The notes beneath the pieces were generated by a model. The model made no database searches. It saw only the letters and a program-made list of their open reading frames with translations, and was not told the DNA's origin. This document shows, in pieces, positions 9,118 through 17,733 of a stretch of 62,628 bases of DNA (the first letter of the stretch is position 1; every line of letters starts with the position of its first letter). A program made the position numbers and the translations under genes. This DNA comes from Candidatus Dormiibacterota bacterium (lineage in GTDB: Bacteria; Chloroflexota; Dormibacteria; DASZGP01). The stretch covers positions 1 through 62,628 of the forward strand of contig DAITAT010000003.1 in assembly GCA_036824145.1 (NCBI GenBank), written 5' to 3'.

Positions 9118-9123
9118 AGTATA
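9118..9123 (-). promoter_or_regulatory. -10 element (TATACT) of leaderless operon
   Basis: TATACT-gcggtc-ATG on minus strand. Confidence 0.7.
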
Positions 9124-9181
9124 AGTTTCGATCTCGCCTAGGCTCTTGGGGATCGAGTACGACTCCCAGGGAGATCGCGGC

Positions 9182-11785
9182 CTACGTACCGCCGCTGTCG
9201 CTCGGCGGTGCGCTCGGCGGTGCGCTCGGCGGGGTGCCACCGGGGGTGGTCCCGCCGTCGGCCGCCGGGCTCTGCCCCTCAGGCCTCGGGCTGCGCCGGC
9301 GTGGTCGACGCCGCCGGCGTCGACGGCTGCGTCGGGCGTCGCCGCCGGTGGGGGTCTCCTGGTCGGGAGTTGCTGCAGCGGGTTCGAGCCCGTCTCCGCC
9401 GGCGGGAACCTCCGGGAGTGCCTCGCCAGGCTGCCAGTCGCGCAGGCGCGGCAGACGGCGCGGGGCGGCCTCTCCGGCGGCGAACTGGCGGTCGCCGTTC
9501 TCACCGTCGCTGGTGGCCTCGCCGGCGTCGGTGACAAGCTGCGGCCGGACGGGCTGGGCGCTGGGTCGAGTGCGACCGCCGCGGCGACGGCGGTTGCCCT
9601 TGCCGACCCCCGGTAGACGGTTCCAGGGGATGATGGCGCCGCTGCGCCGGAAGCCTTCATAGACCTGCCGCAGGACGCGGTTGCTGCGCACCGTCTGGCT
9701 GTCGCCGACGACGATCAGCAGCACCTTGGCGCGCGACATCGCGACGTTGATACGGTTGTGGACCTCGAGGAAGCCGACCATGCCTCGGGGGTTGCTGCGG
9801 ACGAGGTCGACGATGACGATGTCGGCCTCGGCGCCCTCGAAGGCATCGACGGTGTCGGCGCGGAAGTCACGGGTGGTCCACTGCTTCCAGCCGCCGTAGC
9901 GGCGCAGTTGCTCGCGGTACATCCCGATCAGGGCGATGTTCATGTCGGGGTCAGTGCGCTCGCTCAACATCCGCACCAGGCCGCGGCAGATGTTGACGTG
10001 GTTGAGGTTGTAGATCGAGCCGTTGCCAGTGCGCATCTCGCGGACTTCGGCGCCTGCCGAGTCGATCCAGATCAGGGAGCGGTGGGCGCCCATGATCTTG
10101 GGTCGGTGATAGGACTTGACCACGTCGCCGTCACGGAGCTGGCCGCGGTAGAAACGCTGGCTGACGAGGTGACGGATGGCCGGGTGCATCCGGTGCTGCA
10201 CCAGGAAGACGACCTCGTTGGTCTCGGGCAGGTCGCTCTCCCAGAGGATCTCGAAGTAGCTCTTGCGGGCCAGGTGCCACTCCGGCGTACCGCGGCGCAG
10301 CTCGCCGAGGTCCTCCTCCTCGACCACGGGCGGCAGCTGGTGGTGGTCGCCGATGAGGACCACTCGCTCACCCAGCGCGATGAAGGGCAAGGTCTCCTCG
10401 GCTCGGGCCTTGTTGGCCTCGTCGAGGAAGGCGTAGGTGTATTGCTCGCCGCGCTGACCCTCGGTGACGACGGCCTTGTTGCAGGTGGCGGCGACGACGC
10501 GCTCGTCGGAGGCGCGGTCCCAGGTAGACGCGCCCTTGTCGTCGCCCGCGCGGAGCCGGAAGATCTTGACGCCGACCTTCTGCAGCCGTTCGGTGGCGTC
10601 GTCGACAGCGCGGTTGGAGTGCGATGAGATCAAGATCCGGGCCTGCGGCTGGGACTCCAGGATCTGACGCACGGCCTCGACGATGACCGTCGTCTTGCCG
10701 GTGCCCGGCGGTCCCTGGAGCATCATCACCGAGCCCAGTGGCATCGCCACCACGCGACGGACCGCCTCGGTCTGCTCCTCGTTGTCGGCGATCTTCTGGT
10801 TGAAGAGTGGCTGGAGAAGAGGCGTGTCAGGCGGCTGAGGGATGTCGGCAGGCGCCGCCACCAACTGGACCACGGTGGCCAGGTCGGGGTGGCCGCTGAG
10901 CGCCATGTCGAGGGCGTGGCGTTGCGCCGCCGCCACCGCGCCGCCCTCGATGGGCGCCACCTCGACACTGTCGGGGAGGACCGCGGGTCGCTTGAAGTAG
11001 ACGCGCAGCCGGTTGCGGTCAGCGACGTCGAAGGGCGCCTCGAGGTCGCCGAAGCCCGTCATCACCTCCAGCTTCTGGAAAGAATTGAATCGATCGGCCT
11101 GACCTGGGGCCAGTTCCAGAAGGGCTTCGCTGGCGGCGCCCTTCACCTGGAAGCCACTGCCGAGCGGCTTCCCGCAGTTGGGGCATGAGCGCTGGGGCGC
11201 CTCCATGGCTTGATGGCAGCTGGGGCAGGTGAGCTCACGGCTAACAACCTCGGCCTTGCGGCGCAGCTCGCTGGCGCGCTTCTCGCGGGCGGTCTGGAGG
11301 ACGTCGAGAACGGTATCGACCTGCTCGAGGAAGGTACGTGCCGTCGTCGACACCTCGATCGGGGTGAACGGACCAGTGTCTTCACCGGCGCCGCGGATGC
11401 CCGCTCCCGGCGTGCCGGGAACCGCGAAACTGCGGTACCACTCGGCCACCCGGGTGCTCCATTCGGTCCCGGGCTTGGTGAACTTGACGTTGGTCGACTC
11501 GATCTTGGGCAGCCGTAGCCACTCGATTTGGGTCAGGTCGACAGGGCGCAGATCCTCGATGCGGAGCGCCGCCCGGGTCATGTTCATGTCATCGGGCGGG
11601 GTGTCGACGTGGCAGGCGAAGGCCTGATACTTGCCCTGCTGCGGCGTGAAGATCAGGGAGAGTTCGTAGGCAGGGCCCAGTACGAGACCGAAGGTGACGC
11701 CGGCGAAGAACTCCGAGAGGAATGTGTATGCGTGGGCCTGACCCTCGGCGAGCGCGGCAAGCCAGGGCACATGGTCAAGATCCAC
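9182..11785 (-). CDS. Upf1/DNA2-NAM7-like superfamily 1 helicase with Zn ribbon and Arg-rich tail
   Basis: GPPGTGKT, LDEA, GDHHQLPP, QHRMHP, TVDAFEG, NRINVAMSRAK; CPSC-x10-CPNC; start uncertain. Confidence 0.88.
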   Translation of the reverse strand: MDLDHVPWLAALAEGQAHAYTFLSEFFAGVTFGLVLGPAYELSLIFTPQQGKYQAFACHVDTPPDDMNMTRAALRIEDLRPVDLTQIEWLRLPKIESTNVKFTKPGTEWSTRVAEWYRSFAVPGTPGAGIRGAGEDTGPFTPIEVSTTARTFLEQVDTVLDVLQTAREKRASELRRKAEVVSRELTCPSCHQAMEAPQRSCPNCGKPLGSGFQVKGAASEALLELAPGQADRFNSFQKLEVMTGFGDLEAPFDVADRNRLRVYFKRPAVLPDSVEVAPIEGGAVAAAQRHALDMALSGHPDLATVVQLVAAPADIPQPPDTPLLQPLFNQKIADNEEQTEAVRRVVAMPLGSVMMLQGPPGTGKTTVIVEAVRQILESQPQARILISSHSNRAVDDATERLQKVGVKIFRLRAGDDKGASTWDRASDERVVAATCNKAVVTEGQRGEQYTYAFLDEANKARAEETLPFIALGERVVLIGDHHQLPPVVEEEDLGELRRGTPEWHLARKSYFEILWESDLPETNEVVFLVQHRMHPAIRHLVSQRFYRGQLRDGDVVKSYHRPKIMGAHRSLIWIDSAGAEVREMRTGNGSIYNLNHVNICRGLVRMLSERTDPDMNIALIGMYREQLRRYGGWKQWTTRDFRADTVDAFEGAEADIVIVDLVRSNPRGMVGFLEVHNRINVAMSRAKVLLIVVGDSQTVRSNRVLRQVYEGFRRSGAIIPWNRLPGVGKGNRRRRGGRTRPSAQPVRPQLVTDAGEATSDGENGDRQFAAGEAAPRRLPRLRDWQPGEALPEVPAGGDGLEPAAATPDQETPTGGDARRSRRRRRRRPRRRSPRPEGQSPAADGGTTPGGTPPSAPPSAPPSDSGGT
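9199..9232. repeat. 12-bp tandem repeat (about 2.8 copies) encoding PPSA repeats in helicase tail
   Basis: CGCTCGGCGGTG x2 plus CGCTCGGCGG. Confidence 0.85.
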
Positions 11786-12086
11786 CTGGATGACCAGGTG
11801 GTCGAGAGAGTAGTCAGGTAGCGGTTCAACCGCCGGATTGTCGATGGCTTTTGTTTTGAGTGCGGCACTGCCCGCCAGCCAGGGACCTCTCCGGCGGTAG
11901 GCCGGTCAGTCACTGGCAATCGTGCGCGCTGCGTGGGTGGGAATGCCCCTGGGCGGTGAGCTAGAAGTCCTGGCGTTCTGGGGCCGGCGTTCCGTAGCTC
12001 CCGTGATGTCCTTGTTGAGAAGATACAACAAATTCGGCCGAATTGAACGCGCCCGGCGCTGGAGCCGCGCGAACCGAGAGTCGCGG

Positions 12087-13523
12087 CTAGCCGTAAAGAG
12101 GGTCTTCTGGCTCCGCCAGTGGATGGGCCAGGCCGCTCGCCTTGGCTTCGGCAATGACGGCGGCGGCGACCACCGGCGCAACCGCGCGGTTGAAAACTGA
12201 GGGGATGACGTACTCGGGCTGGAGCTCTTCGGGGGTGACGATGTCGGCAATCGCCTGGGCCGCCGCCAGCTTCATCGGATAGGTGACCTCGGACGCACCG
12301 CAGTCCAGCACGCCCCGGAAGATGCCGGGGAAGGCGAGCACGTTGTTGATCTGGTTGGGGTAGTCGGAGCGGCCGGTGGCCACCACCGCCACCAGGCTCT
12401 CGATCAGCTCCGGGCGGATCTCGGGATCGGGATTGGCCAGCGCGAAGACGATCGGCTGGTGGGCCATCTTGGCGACGTCGGACTCGGTAAGGATGCCCGG
12501 GCCGCTGACGCCGAGGAAGACGTCGGCACCCTCGATGACGTCGCTCAGGCCGCCGCGCAGACCGCCCTGGTTGGTGTGGGCTGCGTACCACTGCTTGACA
12601 CCGGTCTCGAGCCGTTCGCGGCCCTGGTGGATGGCGCCGTGGCGATCGACCCCGATAACCTCGCGCACGCCGGCAGCCAGCATCATCTTGGTGCAGGCGA
12701 CCCCGGCGGCCCCGGTGCCCGCCACCACCAGCTTGAGCTGGTCGAGCCTCTTGTCGACAATTCGCAGCGCGTTGTAAAGCGCCGCCATCACCACCACCGC
12801 GGTGCCGTGTTGGTCGTCGTGGAAGACGGGAATGTCCAGCGACTCCTGGAGCCGCTCCTCGATGACGAAGCATCTCGGGGCAGAGATGTCCTCGAGGTTG
12901 ATGCCGCCGAAGACCGGCGAGATGCGCTCAACCGTCTCCACGATCTCGTCGACATCCTGGGTGTTGAGGCAGATCGGGAAGGCGTCGACGCCGCCGAACT
13001 CCTTGAAGAGCATGGCTTTGCCCTCCATGACCGGCAGGGCGCCCTCCGGCCCCAGGTTGCCAAGCCCGAGGACAGCGCTGCCGTCGGTCACGATAGCCAC
13101 GCAGTTGCGCTTGATGGTCAGGCTGCGAGCGCGGTCGGGGTTCTCGGCGATGGCTCGACAGACGCGCGCCACGCCCGGCGTGTAGGCCATCGAGAGGTCG
13201 TCGCGAGTCTTGATGGCGATCTTGCCGACGACCTCGATCTTGCCGCCGGCATGGAGCTGGAAGGTGCGGTCGGAATACTCCAGGACCTCGACCCCATCGA
13301 CGGCCTGCATCGCCCGCATGATGGCGTGGGCATGCTCGGAGTCGCGGGCATGCACTGTGAGTTCGCGCACGATCGATCCCTGCTCGAAATTAACGATGTC
13401 AATGGCTCGGAGATCGCCGCCCGCGCTCCCCACCTCGGTGGTCAGCCGGCCCAGCATGCCGGGCCGGTTCTGGAGCCTGCACCGGGCGGTGAAGGCGAAA
13501 CTGGACGACAGCGGCGGCAGCAT
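12087..13523 (-). CDS. NAD(P)-dependent malic enzyme with N-terminal ACT domain
   Basis: NRPGML ACT motif, YTPGVA, VTDGSAVLGLGN, EGKAMLFK, NLEDISAPRCF, DDQHGTA, ALANPDPE, GRSDYPNQINN; TAGGAT-N6-ATG leaderless. Confidence 0.93.
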   Translation of the reverse strand: MLPPLSSSFAFTARCRLQNRPGMLGRLTTEVGSAGGDLRAIDIVNFEQGSIVRELTVHARDSEHAHAIMRAMQAVDGVEVLEYSDRTFQLHAGGKIEVVGKIAIKTRDDLSMAYTPGVARVCRAIAENPDRARSLTIKRNCVAIVTDGSAVLGLGNLGPEGALPVMEGKAMLFKEFGGVDAFPICLNTQDVDEIVETVERISPVFGGINLEDISAPRCFVIEERLQESLDIPVFHDDQHGTAVVVMAALYNALRIVDKRLDQLKLVVAGTGAAGVACTKMMLAAGVREVIGVDRHGAIHQGRERLETGVKQWYAAHTNQGGLRGGLSDVIEGADVFLGVSGPGILTESDVAKMAHQPIVFALANPDPEIRPELIESLVAVVATGRSDYPNQINNVLAFPGIFRGVLDCGASEVTYPMKLAAAQAIADIVTPEELQPEYVIPSVFNRAVAPVVAAAVIAEAKASGLAHPLAEPEDPLYG

Positions 13524-13560
13524 GTGCGAATCCTACAGGTCGTCTAGACTCTCCCCGGGA

Positions 13561-13692
13561 ATGGACGGCACCAAGTTCAAGCAAGGGGTGACATCTTTCC
13601 GCCTGGTGGTGCCGGGATTTCACGGTATCGGGATCGAGGGCAAGGCCCCGACCCCAGCTTGGCGGCTTCCAAAGCCGTTTCTAGGCAGCTAA
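13561..13692 (+). CDS. Candidate 43-aa small ORF abutting the downstream dehydrogenase
   Basis: ATG 13561 ten nt after TAGACT (13545-13550); TAA directly adjacent to ATG 13693; 30 of 42 codons end in G/C. Confidence 0.35.
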   Translation: MDGTKFKQGVTSFRLVVPGFHGIGIEGKAPTPAWRLPKPFLGS

Positions 13693-14598
13693 ATGGCGGC
13701 CGGGGATCGCGTTGGCTTCGTCGGGCTCGGGGTGATGGGACTGCCCATGGCTCGCAACCTGACCAGTGCCGGTTTCCGCGTGTCCGGATGGGCGCGCCGG
13801 CCTGAGGCGGTCGAGCTCGGCCGTGCCGGCGGCATCGAGATGCGCCCGTCGCTGGCCGAGGTCGCTGCCGCATCCGACGTGGTCATCACCATGGTCACCA
13901 CCTCGGAGGACGTCGTCGACGTTGCCACGGGCGAGGGCGGCCTGCTCGAATCGATGGCGGCGGGCTCGGTGCTGGTGGACATGAGCACCGTCGCTCCCGA
14001 GGTCAGCCGTCGCGTAGCCGCGGCGGCCGCGAGCCGTGGCGTCGCCTTTCTCGACGCCCCCGTCAGTGGAGGCTCCTTCGGCGCCGAACAGGGAACCCTG
14101 ACGATCATGGCCGGTGGCGACCCCGCGGTGCTGGAGCGCTGCCGGCCGATATTCGCGGCCCTGGGCGATCCGGATCGGCTCTTTCACACCGGACCGGTTG
14201 GCAGCGGAGAGGTGGTCAAGCTGGTCAACAACATGCTGGTGGGGTCGATCTCGGCGGCGACCCTGGAGGCGCTGCTGGTCGGGGTGCGCGCGGGGGTGTC
14301 GCTGAAAACCCTGGTCGACGTGGTGAGCGTCAGCAGCGGCGGCAGCGTGCAGCTCACCGGACAGCTGGCCAAGCGCGCCCTGGTCGGCGAGCTGGCCCCT
14401 GGCTTTGCCACCGACCTGCTGGTGAAGGACCTTCGCCTGGCGGCGGATCTGGCTTCCGAGAATGGGCAGGACACACCTCTGACGGACGAGGCACGGCGGT
14501 TGTTCGAAGCCTCGCAGGCCGCCGGCCATGGCCGGCAGGACTACACCGCGCTGGTAGTGGAGCTGGCCCAGGGCCTTTCGGAAGAGCTGCGAATCTAG
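13693..14598 (+). CDS. 3-hydroxyisobutyrate dehydrogenase / 2-hydroxy-3-oxopropionate reductase family
   Basis: GFVGLGVMGLPMARNL, DAPVSGG, GSGEVVKLVNN, KDLRLA. Confidence 0.9.
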   Translation: MAAGDRVGFVGLGVMGLPMARNLTSAGFRVSGWARRPEAVELGRAGGIEMRPSLAEVAAASDVVITMVTTSEDVVDVATGEGGLLESMAAGSVLVDMSTVAPEVSRRVAAAAASRGVAFLDAPVSGGSFGAEQGTLTIMAGGDPAVLERCRPIFAALGDPDRLFHTGPVGSGEVVKLVNNMLVGSISAATLEALLVGVRAGVSLKTLVDVVSVSSGGSVQLTGQLAKRALVGELAPGFATDLLVKDLRLAADLASENGQDTPLTDEARRLFEASQAAGHGRQDYTALVVELAQGLSEELRI

Positions 14599-14619
14599 TA
14601 GGCTCGAGACAGACCAAGG

Positions 14620-15720
14620 ATGCTTCGACTTCTACACGTCGCTGACCTGCATCTGGACCGGCCCTTCGCCGGGCAGTCCTACTCGGGCTGTGACGGCGCC
14701 CAGCGGCGGACGCTGCTCCGTTCCGCGTTGGAATGGATGGTCGACGTGGCCCTCGAGGGCAACGCCGACGCCGTCACCATCGGCGGCGACCTCTTCGAGA
14801 ACGAGCACGTCACCCGGGACACGGCCGCATTCGTCGCTCGTCAGCTTGCCCGGCTGACCTGCCCGGTGGTTCTTGCATCCGGGAACCACGATTACGCCAG
14901 CCCCTCCTCGCCGTACAAGACCACTTCATGGCCACCGAACGTCACGCTGGCGCTGGCCCCGGCGCCAACTCGAGTGGAGGTCGGCGATGCGGTGATATGG
15001 GCGGCGGGGTACGGCGGCCGGGAGATGGACCACGCCGTCCTGCAGTCATTCGATGTCCCTCGTGGCGACGGCCGCACTCACCTGCTGGTGATCCACGGCG
15101 TCGACCTCAGCAGCCTCAGCGCCGACCTCAACTGGGGTGGCCTCGGCCTACGCGCCGAGGAGATCCGTGCCGCAGGGTTCGACCACGTCCTCCTCGGCCA
15201 CATCCACCAGGGCGCGGTGGGCGACCTGATGTCGTGGCCGGGCTCGCCGGTTGCGCTGGACGCGGCCGAGGCACCCGGGAACCACGGGGCGCTCTGGGTC
15301 GAGGTGGAGGCCGGCCATGTCGGTGTTGAGGCCGTGCCGGCGAACCTGGTCAGCTACGAGACCGTCAGCGTCGACGTCAGTGAGGTATCCGATTCCACCC
15401 AGCTGGAGGCGGTGTTGCGGCAGGCGCTCGAGCCGATCTCCCCGACGAGCACCCTGGTCACGTGCCGCCTATGGGGCAGCCGTGGCCATTCGCTGGAGTT
15501 CGATCGCAGCGCCCTCGAGGCTGCCCTGCAGGATTTGGCGCGGGGCATCCGCGTGGTCGATGCCACCGTCGCCGAGGTCGACCTCCGCGACCTGGCCCAT
15601 GAGCCCAACGCCCGCGGTGCCGCTATCAGCCGGCTGCTGGCCGACGGCTCGGCGCCGGCGTTGTGGGCGGCCACGCTGGTGGCGGAGGCTTTCGAGAGCG
15701 ATATCAGGGTGCCGACATGA
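14620..15720 (+). CDS. SbcD/Mre11-like metallophosphoesterase nuclease (YhaO-like)
   Basis: DLHLD, GGDLFE, GNHD, HG and LGHIH motifs all intact. Confidence 0.88.
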   Translation: MLRLLHVADLHLDRPFAGQSYSGCDGAQRRTLLRSALEWMVDVALEGNADAVTIGGDLFENEHVTRDTAAFVARQLARLTCPVVLASGNHDYASPSSPYKTTSWPPNVTLALAPAPTRVEVGDAVIWAAGYGGREMDHAVLQSFDVPRGDGRTHLLVIHGVDLSSLSADLNWGGLGLRAEEIRAAGFDHVLLGHIHQGAVGDLMSWPGSPVALDAAEAPGNHGALWVEVEAGHVGVEAVPANLVSYETVSVDVSEVSDSTQLEAVLRQALEPISPTSTLVTCRLWGSRGHSLEFDRSALEAALQDLARGIRVVDATVAEVDLRDLAHEPNARGAAISRLLADGSAPALWAATLVAEAFESDIRVPT

Positions 15721-17714
15721 GGCTGATCAAGCTCCGTGTTCGTGGCTTCAAAGGCCTGCGTGACGTCGATGTGGACCTCGACCACAACCATCTCCTGGTC
15801 ATCGGTCCCAACGAGGCGGGAAAATCCAGCCTGCTGGAGGCGCTCGTCACGGGGCTCTATGGTTTGGCCCCGGCCAAACGCGGCAGCGGCCACGCCGGTG
15901 CCCTCAAGAAGGTGCTGCCCTGGACCGGCGAGCCGGCGGGGCTGAACCTGACGTATAGCCTGGCCGACGGGCGGGAGATCGAAGTCGACTGGGATTTGAG
16001 TGGCGAGCGGACGCGGGTCATCAACCGCACCAGCGGCCAGGATATCTCCGCCTCGTTCGCCACCGGGACCCATGGATGGCTCGACGTTGGCGACGCGCTT
16101 CTCAAACTACCGGGCAGCGTCTTCACCCAGGTTGCCTGCGTCGGCGAGGGGGAGCTGGCGCGGATAACCGATGACGCCGAGGTGCGCCAGAGCCTGCTGC
16201 GGGTGACCGATGCCGGCGTCGACGTCCTTGTCGAGCAGGCCATTGCGCGCCTGCAGGAGGGGTCGCGACAGGCCACCGTTCCCAAGGTCAACGCCGCCAC
16301 CCGTCGCAATGAGGTGGGGCGGGACCTGAGTTCGGTCGAGTCCCACCTGGCCCGGGTCCTGGCTGCCCGCGAAGCGCTGGAGACCGAGGTCGAATCGATC
16401 GCTCGCACCGAAGCTCTACTGGCGGCGGCGCAGGCCCGAGCCGACGAGATCGGATCGGAGGTCGCCCATCGAGGTTCCGACAGCGCGCGGCTGCGGGTCG
16501 AGCTGGAGCGTGCCCGCGGAAGGCTGTCGGAGGCCGAGCTGCGCGCCGCCGCCGTTGGCGTCGAGGGGGTCGCCCTGGAATCGGATCAGCCCGCCTGGTC
16601 GGAGGCCGAACTGGATCAGGCGCTCCAGGCCCTGTTGGCTGGCCCGGCTGCTGCTCCGCGACAGGCTCCCGCGGTCTACGTCTTCCTGGCATTGGCGATC
16701 GGTGTCGTGGCCCTGGTTGCCGGGATCGTCCTGCACCTCGTCGCGGCCGACATCGCGGGCGCCGCGGTGATCGCGGTTGGGGTTTACCTGGCCACCCGGA
16801 ACGCCCTGCCCGTTGGCGAGGCGCTGTCGGCAGGGGAGAGGACCTTCTCCTCGCGCCAGGAGCTGATGTCGGCGATCGACGGCGAGCGAGCCCGCCGCGA
16901 CTGCTACCAGCAGCGGTCCGCCGTGGACTTGCTGGAACGACAGCTCGAGACGCTCGAGCTACACGCCGGCCCGACCGCCACCGTCGGCGGCGGTGTCGGC
17001 GCCTTGACTGACATCACAAGCCGCGAGCTCGAGCGGCTCTCCGCGGAGGCTGACGCCGAGGTGCAGCGGCTGATGGTAGACCTTGCCGGCCAACAGGCCT
17101 CGCTCGAGCGCGGCGGGAGGCTGATCCCCGAAGTGGCGCCGCTGGAGGAGCGGGTGCTGCAGCTGCGCCAGCAGGTCGAGCACCTCGATGCCTTCGGCAA
17201 GGCCTGCCGCCTGGCCGCCGCGACCCTGGCCTTGGCCTCGGAGGAGATCCGGCGCGCCTACGCCCCCAAGCTGCAGGAGTACCTCAGCCGCGACCTCGCC
17301 CAGGTCACCGACGGGCGCTACAGCGAAGCGCTGGTCAGTGATCGGTTCGAGGTGCTGCTGCGGGTCCCCGAGACCAAGTCGATGGTCGACCTCAAACAGC
17401 TGAGCCGCGGGACCCAGCAGCAGATATACCTACTCCTTCGCCTTGGATTGATGGAGGTGATGGGCGGCGGTACCGAGACCCTGCCACTGTTCCTTGACGA
17501 TGTCCTGGCGCTGGCCGACGACGATCGCAGAGTTGAGCTGCTCAAGGTCCTCGAGGCCCAGGAGGGCCAGGTCGTTTACTTCACCGCCGGCGAGAGCGAG
17601 GCCGCGGCAGTTTTCGGTGACCGGTGGCATCGGATCGACCTGCCGCGACCCATGAGCGCGGCCGAAGCCGCAGGCCACCAGAGCCTGAAGATCATCGACC
17701 GCCCCGGCGCCTAG
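15717..17714 (+). CDS. SbcC/Rad50-like ABC ATPase (YhaN/AAA_27-like) with central hydrophobic hairpin
   Basis: GPNEAGKS Walker A, coiled coils, LSRGTQQQ signature, FLDD Walker B; ATGA overlap with nuclease. Confidence 0.85.
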   Translation: MRLIKLRVRGFKGLRDVDVDLDHNHLLVIGPNEAGKSSLLEALVTGLYGLAPAKRGSGHAGALKKVLPWTGEPAGLNLTYSLADGREIEVDWDLSGERTRVINRTSGQDISASFATGTHGWLDVGDALLKLPGSVFTQVACVGEGELARITDDAEVRQSLLRVTDAGVDVLVEQAIARLQEGSRQATVPKVNAATRRNEVGRDLSSVESHLARVLAAREALETEVESIARTEALLAAAQARADEIGSEVAHRGSDSARLRVELERARGRLSEAELRAAAVGVEGVALESDQPAWSEAELDQALQALLAGPAAAPRQAPAVYVFLALAIGVVALVAGIVLHLVAADIAGAAVIAVGVYLATRNALPVGEALSAGERTFSSRQELMSAIDGERARRDCYQQRSAVDLLERQLETLELHAGPTATVGGGVGALTDITSRELERLSAEADAEVQRLMVDLAGQQASLERGGRLIPEVAPLEERVLQLRQQVEHLDAFGKACRLAAATLALASEEIRRAYAPKLQEYLSRDLAQVTDGRYSEALVSDRFEVLLRVPETKSMVDLKQLSRGTQQQIYLLLRLGLMEVMGGGTETLPLFLDDVLALADDDRRVELLKVLEAQEGQVVYFTAGESEAAAVFGDRWHRIDLPRPMSAAEAAGHQSLKIIDRPGA

Positions 17715-17733
17715 CCCGCCTCGGGTCGACAGG

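Noticed and set aside
11860-11925. ZTP or guanidine riboswitch upstream of the helicase (GTGACTG, ACAAAAGCC on minus strand)
   Set aside because: Only isolated words match; the paired consensus elements (CGCCUGGGCA; CUAGGGUUCCG) are absent
9112-17714. LexA/SOS boxes before the helicase or Mre11/Rad50-like genes
   Set aside because: No GAAC-N4-GTTC found by eye in these promoter regions; GCGGTTCAACCGC at 11821-11833 is a different palindrome
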